Shown: in pieces, positions 58,775-64,000 of the stretch
Numbering within the stretch: the first letter of the stretch is position 1
Layout of the letters: each line of letters starts with the position of its first letter
Assembly (NCBI GenBank): GCA_902826515.1
Contig: CADEFD010000003.1
Span: 968-64,967 of the forward strand
DNA from: an uncultured Acidobacteriota bacterium
GTDB lineage: Bacteria; Acidobacteriota; Vicinamibacteria; Vicinamibacterales; UBA2999
Reading direction: 5' to 3'
DNA: 64,000 nucleotides
Made by a program: the position numbers and the translations under genes
Notes under the pieces: generated by a model
Databases searched by the model: none
The model's input: the letters and a program-made list of their open reading frames with translations, nothing else
What the model was told of the DNA's origin: nothing

Positions 58775-59167
58775 TTACGAGGGGAGCAGCTTTTCGACGC
58801 TTTCGACCAGGTGCTCGACATCCACCGGCTTGGCTTCGAAGGCATCGCAGCCCACGCGCATGGCCAGGTTGCGCGAGTCGGTCTGCGTATTCTCGGAGAG
58901 CGCCACCACGAGGATGTGACGTGTCACCGGGTCGGCCTTGAGCCGCCGCGCGGACTCCCAGCCCTCGAGGGCGGGGGGATCCATGTCCATCAGAATGACG
59001 TCCGGCTTGTCGGTCCGGACACTTTCGAGCGCCTCGCGCCCGGAACGCGCCGTGCGCGCCCGGAACCCCCGGGCGAGCAGCGTCCGCACCATGGCCTGGC
59101 GCAGCGCGTCCTGATCGTTGACGACGAGGACGCTCCGTCCGGCGGTCGTTGATGCCATTGGATTCAT
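58775..59167 (-). CDS. Single-domain response regulator receiver (CheY-like)
   Basis: VLVVNDQD, VILMDMDPP, VVALSE, EAKPV. An ATG at 59158 is an alternative start. Confidence 0.85.
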   Translation of the reverse strand: MNPMASTTAGRSVLVVNDQDALRQAMVRTLLARGFRARTARSGREALESVRTDKPDVILMDMDPPALEGWESARRLKADPVTRHILVVALSENTQTDSRNLAMRVGCDAFEAKPVDVEHLVESVEKLLPS

Positions 59168-59393
59168 CCCAGTGCGAACACCGGGTATCAGGATTCGTGC
59201 CAGCGGGCCGCGCGACGCCGTTCCGTGCATCGTTGTGCTGTTGAAGGGCCGAAATTATGGCTGCGGGTCAAAATTCGGGGCGTCCCGACAGGAATTGTTG
59301 TCGGCGGGCCGGACGGTCGAGCTGCATTTCCGGCGGCGTGCACGCCGCTGCCCACGCGGCGCTGGCGTTGCGCTACCATCTAGGGTTCCCGCC

Positions 59394-62294
59394 ATGTCAT
59401 CCGCCCGGACCCCAGCCCCCCTCGTCGTGAAGGGGGCGCGCACCCACAATCTCAAGAACATCGACGTGACCCTGCCGGCCAACAAGCTGGTGGTGCTCAC
59501 CGGGGTCAGCGGGTCGGGCAAGTCGTCGCTCGCCTTCGACACCATCTACGCGGAAGGGCAGCGCCGTTACGTCGAGTCGCTCTCGGCCTACGCCCGGCAG
59601 TTCCTCGAGCGGATGGAGAAGCCCGACGTCGATCGCATCGAAGGCATCGCGCCGGCCATCGCCATCCGCCAGAAGAACAGCGTGCGCAATCCGCGCTCCA
59701 CCGTGGGCACGGTGACCGAGGTGCACGACTACATGCGCCTGCTGTTTGCGCGCGTCGGGCGCACCTTCTGCACGACCTGTGGCGTCGAGGTGGTGCGGGA
59801 AACCGCGGAGGTGGTGGCCGACCGGCTGCTGGCGCTTCCGGCCGGCACGCGGCTGCTCATCGGCTTCGACATGCCGGTGTTCACGGAGGCACCGCCGCCG
59901 CACACGAAAGCCGACGACGACGGCGACGACGCGGCGGAGGGCGATGATCGCCCGGCCGAGGTGCCCGCCCCGTCAGGTCCGGCCTCGCCCGGGCGCGCCG
60001 CCGTCGAGTCGCTCCGCCGCAAGGGCTTCGGCCGCCTGCTCGTGGATGGCCGCGCCGTCGCCTTCGAAGACCTGACGCCCGCCGACATCGAGAAGAAGAC
60101 CACGCTCGCCGTGGTCGTGGACCGCCTGCGCACGAGCCCGGACGAACGCTCGCGCCTGACCGACTCGGTGGAAGTGGCGTATCAGCAGGGCGGCGGCGCC
60201 GCCTGGGCGATCCAGCTCGGCGAGGACGGCGCGGCCGACACGCGCCACGTCTTCAGCGAACGCTTCGAATGCCGCGCCTGCGGGCTGCCGTACGAAACGC
60301 CGCAGCCGCGCCTCTTCTCGTTCAACAACCCCTTCGGCGCCTGCCCGTCGTGCCACGGCTTCGGCAACATCATCGAACTCGACGTCGACCTGGTGGTGCC
60401 CGATCAGGCCAAGTCGATCGCGCAGGGCGCCATCGAGCCGTGGACCAAGCCGCATTACCGCTCGCACGTCGCCGATCTGAAGAAGGTGGCGAAGAGCCTC
60501 GACGTGCCGCTCGACGTGCCGTGGCGTGACCTCACCGACGCGCAGCGCACGGTGGTCATCGACGGCGACGGCGGCGACTGGACGGGCGTGCGCGGCTTCT
60601 TCGCCTGGCTCGAGCGCAAGAAATACAAGGTGCACGTCCGCGTGTTCCTGAGCCGCTACCGCGGCTACCAGACGTGTCCGGAATGCGCCGGCACGCGGCT
60701 GCGCCGCGAGGCGCGCGCGGTGCGCGTCGGCGATCGCACGATCGATCAGGTGTCGGCGCTCACGACGCGCGAAGCGCAGACCTTCTTCGACGGCCTGGCG
60801 CTCGGCGCGCAGGAGGCCGCCATTGCGGAGAAGGTGCTGGTCGAAATCCGGCGGCGCCTCGGCTTCCTGGCCGACGTCGGCCTCGACTACCTCACGCTCG
60901 ATCGCCTGTCGGCCACGCTCTCCGGCGGGGAAGCGCAGCGCATCAGCCTGGCGACGTCGCTCGGCGCCTCGCTCGTCGGCACCCTCTACGTGCTCGACGA
61001 GCCGTCGATCGGGCTGCATCCGCGCGACAACCAGCGGCTCATCACCATCCTGCGCAAGCTGCGCGATCAGGGCAACTCGGTGCTCGTGGTCGAACACGAC
61101 GCCGACATGATCGCCGTGGCCGACCACGTCGTGGACATGGGGCTCGGCGCCGGCGAACACGGCGGCCGCGTCATCTTCAACGGGCCGCTCGCGGACCTGG
61201 CCGCCGAGCCGCGGTCGCTCACGGCGAAGTACATGCGCGGCGAACTGCAGATTTCGGTGCCGGCCCACCGCCGCAAGGGCTCGCCGCAGAAGATCCGCCT
61301 CATCGGCGCCCGCGAGCACAACCTGCAGAACGTGGACATCGAGTTCCCGCTGAACACGCTCACCTGCGTGACTGGTGTGAGCGGCTCGGGCAAGTCCACG
61401 CTCGTGCACGACGTGCTCTATGCCGGACTCAAGCGCGCCAAGGGCGACTGGGATCGCAAGGTGGGCTTCCACCGCCGCCTCGAAGGCGCGGAACTGCTGA
61501 GCGACGTGGTGCTCGTGGACCAGGCGCCGATCGGCCGCACGCCGCGCAGCAATCCGGTCACGTATCTGAAGGCGTTCGATCCGATCCGCGAACTGCTGGC
61601 CGCGACGAAAGACGCCCGCAGCCGCGGGCTCACGGCCAGCGCCTTCTCGTTCAACGTGCCGGGTGGCCGCTGCGAGGCCTGCCAGGGCGAGGGCGAGGTG
61701 AAGGTGGAGATGCAGTTCCTCGCCGACGTCTCGGTGCCCTGCGAGCAGTGCGACGGAAGACGCTTCAAGCAGACCGTGCTCGACGTGAAGTACAAGGGCC
61801 GCAACGTCACGCAGATCCTCGACCTCACCGTGCGCGAGGCGCTGCAGTTCTTCAGCGGCTCGCTCAAGGTGCTGCGCCGCCTGCAGGTGCTCGACGAAAT
61901 CGGGCTCGGCTACATCCGCCTCGGCCAGCCGGCCACGACGCTCTCGGGCGGCGAAGCGCAGCGCGTGAAGATCGCCTCGCATCTGGCGTCGGCCGGCGGC
62001 GAGCGCCTGCTCTACATCCTCGACGAACCCACGACCGGACTGCATTTCGACGACATCGCCAAGCTGCTCGCGGCCTTCCGGAAGCTGCTCGAAGCCGGCA
62101 GCACGCTCGTGGTCATCGAACACAACCTCGACGTCATCAAGACGGCCGACTGGGTCATCGACCTCGGCCCCGAGGGCGGGGCCGCCGGCGGGCAGGTGAT
62201 GGCGATGGGCACGCCCGAGCAGGTGGCGCGGGTCAGTGCCTCGCACACCGGCCGGTATCTGGCGCCGCTCCTCGTCGCCCGGGACGACCAGTGA
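59394..62294 (+). CDS. uvrA: UvrA, excinuclease ABC subunit A
   Basis: [61 protein letters not shown]. Two ABC modules, zinc-finger Cys pairs and LSGGEAQR signatures. Start at the internal ATG of ORF 59118-62294. Confidence 0.98.
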   Translation: MSSARTPAPLVVKGARTHNLKNIDVTLPANKLVVLTGVSGSGKSSLAFDTIYAEGQRRYVESLSAYARQFLERMEKPDVDRIEGIAPAIAIRQKNSVRNPRSTVGTVTEVHDYMRLLFARVGRTFCTTCGVEVVRETAEVVADRLLALPAGTRLLIGFDMPVFTEAPPPHTKADDDGDDAAEGDDRPAEVPAPSGPASPGRAAVESLRRKGFGRLLVDGRAVAFEDLTPADIEKKTTLAVVVDRLRTSPDERSRLTDSVEVAYQQGGGAAWAIQLGEDGAADTRHVFSERFECRACGLPYETPQPRLFSFNNPFGACPSCHGFGNIIELDVDLVVPDQAKSIAQGAIEPWTKPHYRSHVADLKKVAKSLDVPLDVPWRDLTDAQRTVVIDGDGGDWTGVRGFFAWLERKKYKVHVRVFLSRYRGYQTCPECAGTRLRREARAVRVGDRTIDQVSALTTREAQTFFDGLALGAQEAAIAEKVLVEIRRRLGFLADVGLDYLTLDRLSATLSGGEAQRISLATSLGASLVGTLYVLDEPSIGLHPRDNQRLITILRKLRDQGNSVLVVEHDADMIAVADHVVDMGLGAGEHGGRVIFNGPLADLAAEPRSLTAKYMRGELQISVPAHRRKGSPQKIRLIGAREHNLQNVDIEFPLNTLTCVTGVSGSGKSTLVHDVLYAGLKRAKGDWDRKVGFHRRLEGAELLSDVVLVDQAPIGRTPRSNPVTYLKAFDPIRELLAATKDARSRGLTASAFSFNVPGGRCEACQGEGEVKVEMQFLADVSVPCEQCDGRRFKQTVLDVKYKGRNVTQILDLTVREALQFFSGSLKVLRRLQVLDEIGLGYIRLGQPATTLSGGEAQRVKIASHLASAGGERLLYILDEPTTGLHFDDIAKLLAAFRKLLEAGSTLVVIEHNLDVIKTADWVIDLGPEGGAAGGQVMAMGTPEQVARVSASHTGRYLAPLLVARDDQ

Positions 62295-62404
62295 CTTCCC
62301 GCCGCTTCGCCGTGTCTCATGGGCAGGTCTTCCAGAATGCTGCCCGTGGTCTGTCCGCGCCCGCGTCGGTTCCGGCCGGTAGAATGGTCCGGACGAGCTA
62401 GCCC

Positions 62405-62989
62405 GTGGCCGACGCTCCGCTGTCTCCCGACGATCCCGATGCCGACCTCGTGGCGCGCGCCCGCCGCGCGCCCGGCGGCGACACCCGCGCCTTCGACGAG
62501 CTCATGGCCCGGCATCGCAGCCGGGTGGTCGCCAACTGCCGCTACCTCACGTCGGGCAACGACGCCGAAGACCTCGCGCAGGAGGTGCTCGTGAAGGCCT
62601 ACTTCGCGCTGAAGAAGTACGAACACCGCGCGAAGTTCTCGACCTGGCTCTACCGCATCAAGGTCAATCACTGCCTGAACCACCGCCGGGCCGGGAAACG
62701 GCACGACGGGGATGTGGCCATCGACGACGCCGCGCCCGACAGCGCCGCGCTGACCGTGCCGGCCGATGCTGACGTGGCGCTCGACCGCGCGGCCGACGTG
62801 ACCCGCGTGCGGGCCGCCGTCGCCAGCCTGTCGGAGACGCTGCGGCAGCCGCTCGTCATGCGCGAGCTCGACGAGATGAGCTACGAGGAAATTGCCGCCG
62901 CGCTGGGCCTCTCGCTCTCGGCCGTGAAGATGCGCATTCTGCGCGCCCGCCAGGAACTCCGCGTGGCGCTCGGAGTCGCGCATGGCTGA
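62405..62989 (+). CDS. ECF (RpoE-like) sigma-70 family factor
   Basis: Region 2 (AEDLAQEVLVKAYFAL..FSTWLYRIKVNHCLNHRR). Region 4 (LVMRELDEMSYEEIAAALGLSLSAVKMRILRARQELR). GTG start. Confidence 0.85.
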   Translation: MADAPLSPDDPDADLVARARRAPGGDTRAFDELMARHRSRVVANCRYLTSGNDAEDLAQEVLVKAYFALKKYEHRAKFSTWLYRIKVNHCLNHRRAGKRHDGDVAIDDAAPDSAALTVPADADVALDRAADVTRVRAAVASLSETLRQPLVMRELDEMSYEEIAAALGLSLSAVKMRILRARQELRVALGVAHG

Positions 62990-63224
62990 GCCGCCGCTGC
63001 CCGAGGAGCCGCGCGACGAACCGCTCGGGCTCGCCGGCTTCCTGGAGGAAGACGTCGAGTGGCAGCGCCTCATGACGCGGGTGCACCAGTCGATCGCGCG
63101 GCGCGAGCTGTCGGGGCAGGCCGTGGAACTGGGCGCGCAGGGGTTCACCGGCGTCGTGCTGGAATACCTCAAGGCAATCTTCGAACTGTTTGGCGGAACC
63201 GGAGGCGGACGGCGTGCTGACTGA
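62982..63224 (+). CDS. Small hypothetical protein downstream of the ECF sigma (possible anti-sigma or partner)
   Basis: 80 aa. Overlaps the sigma stop by 8 nt. No TM segment or zinc motif visible. Confidence 0.3.
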   Translation: MAEPPLPEEPRDEPLGLAGFLEEDVEWQRLMTRVHQSIARRELSGQAVELGAQGFTGVVLEYLKAIFELFGGTGGGRRAD

Positions 63225-64000
63225 GCATCTTCTGACGGCGTGGAATGATCTCGTGGCCACGGTCACCGGCGTGCTGCCGCGCATCGTGATGGGCATCACC
63301 GTTGCGATCGTGCTCGTGCTGACGGCGAAGTTCATCCGCCGCATGACGGCGATGGCCTGCCGGCGCGCCCAGGTGGACAAGCTGAGCGACGCGCTCGGGC
63401 TCGCCGCCCTCGTCGGCCGCCTCGGTGTGCGCCAGCCGGCGAGTGAGTGGATTCCGGCCGTGGTCTATGCCGGCACGCTGCTGCTCTTCGCGCAGACGGG
63501 CGCCACGATGCTTGGGCTGGCGCCGATCGCCGATTCGATCCGCGCCTTCTTCTCGTACCTGCCGAACGTCATCGCCGCGATCGGCGTGCTGCTGGCCGGC
63601 AGCGCGGCCGCGGATTTCGCCGGCAACGCCGTGCGGCGCGCCGCCGAGGATTCCGGCATCGATCTCGCGCCCACGCTCGGCAGCGTGTCGTCGGCGCTCA
63701 TCCTGTTCGTCACCGGGATCATGGCGCTCTCGCAGTTGCGGATCGACACCGAGATGATCCGCATCGTGACGATCTGCGCGCTCGGCGGCATCGCGCTCGC
63801 GTTCGGGTTGTCGCTCGGGCTCGGCAGCCGCGAAGTCACCCGCAACATGATCGCCGGCTTCTACGCGCGCAAGGTGCTGCGCCCCGGCGACACCGTCACG
63901 GTGGGGGAGCGCACGGGCACGCTCGTCATGATCACGCCCACGCAGACCGTGATTGCGCTTCCGACCCGCGAGGAACTGGCGGTGTCGAACGGCGTGTACC
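63214..64000 (+). CDS. MscS-like / TM-helix-repeat mechanosensitive channel family protein (3' end outside window)
   Basis: Not in the ORF track because it is open-ended. Manual translation from GTG 63214 (GGAGG RBS) is stop-free to the window end. Multiple TM helices, then NMIAGFYARKVLRPGDTVTVGERTGTLVMITPTQTVI (MscS beta-domain-like). Confidence 0.5.
   Translation, partial: MLTEHLLTAWNDLVATVTGVLPRIVMGITVAIVLVLTAKFIRRMTAMACRRAQVDKLSDALGLAALVGRLGVRQPASEWIPAVVYAGTLLLFAQTGATMLGLAPIADSIRAFFSYLPNVIAAIGVLLAGSAAADFAGNAVRRAAEDSGIDLAPTLGSVSSALILFVTGIMALSQLRIDTEMIRIVTICALGGIALAFGLSLGLGSREVTRNMIAGFYARKVLRPGDTVTVGERTGTLVMITPTQTVIALPTREELAVSNGVY

Noticed and set aside
62300-62404. Hairpin GGGCAG-N13-CTGCCC after uvrA as a possible terminator
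   Set aside because: The stem is short (6 bp), the loop is large and no downstream T-tract follows. The evidence is insufficient.
1-64000. CRISPR arrays, rRNA genes, IS elements with terminal inverted repeats, toxin-antitoxin pairs
   Set aside because: I saw no regularly spaced direct repeats, no rRNA-like conserved stretches and no transposase-like ORFs. The only mobile-element signature is the integrase remnant at 54.6-55.0 kb.

Overview
This is a 64-kb, very high-G+C bacterial chromosome segment. The flgH and flgI L/P-ring genes indicate a diderm; phylum cannot be determined from sequence alone. About 50 kb is one large flagellar supercluster. It runs fliR'-flhB-flhA-flhF-fliA-fliM-fliN, then a TM/HTH-like protein and a Zn-ribbon/MshEN-like protein, then flgF-flgG-flgA-flgH-flgI-flgJ(M23). 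Next come flgM, a flgN-like gene, flgK-flgL-fliW-csrA and a GNAT gene. On the opposite strand are fliC, fliD, fliS and a chaperone-like gene. Embedded in the cluster is a ~23-kb putative flagellin-glycosylation island (21.3-44.0 kb). It carries pseudaminic-acid-type genes (pseC, pseG, pseI, cytidylyltransferase, CapD/PseB-like dehydratase), a Maf/DUF115 transferase, three GT4-type modules and tailoring enzymes. The tailoring enzymes are an ATP-grasp protein, a HAD hydrolase, a pyruvyltransferase-methyltransferase fusion, three Methyltransf_24-like modules (two are a tandem duplication) and a NodH-like sulfotransferase. Two different stator pairs are present. One motAB pair is translationally coupled inside the pse operon. 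The other is followed by a histidine-kinase / GGDEF / REC-HD-GYP module. Five c-di-GMP-related genes lie in the window. Hand-scanning found four sigma-28-type promoters and several sigma-54-type promoters placed sensibly upstream of flagellar and glycosylation operons. It also found CsrA-type GGA sites in the flagellin leader. After the cluster come a secreted-protein/OMP pair and a visibly lower-G+C, decaying island next to tRNA-Thr(CGU). The island holds a frameshifted integrase, a TIR gene with an in-frame amber codon, an alpha/beta-hydrolase-TM protein and unknowns. The window ends with a PAS-GGDEF*-EAL gene, an orphan receiver, uvrA, an ECF sigma factor and a partial MscS-like gene. The candidates I consider most novel are: (i) the flagellar-operon-embedded MshEN-like putative c-di-GMP receptor; (ii) the heavily tailored glycosylation island with stators and c-di-GMP enzymes co-operonic; (iii) the sigma-28-driven HK-DGC-PDE module behind motAB. 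All functional calls rest on motif recognition by eye, with no database searches run. Many long ORFs in the track are antisense or shadow artefacts of the high G+C content.
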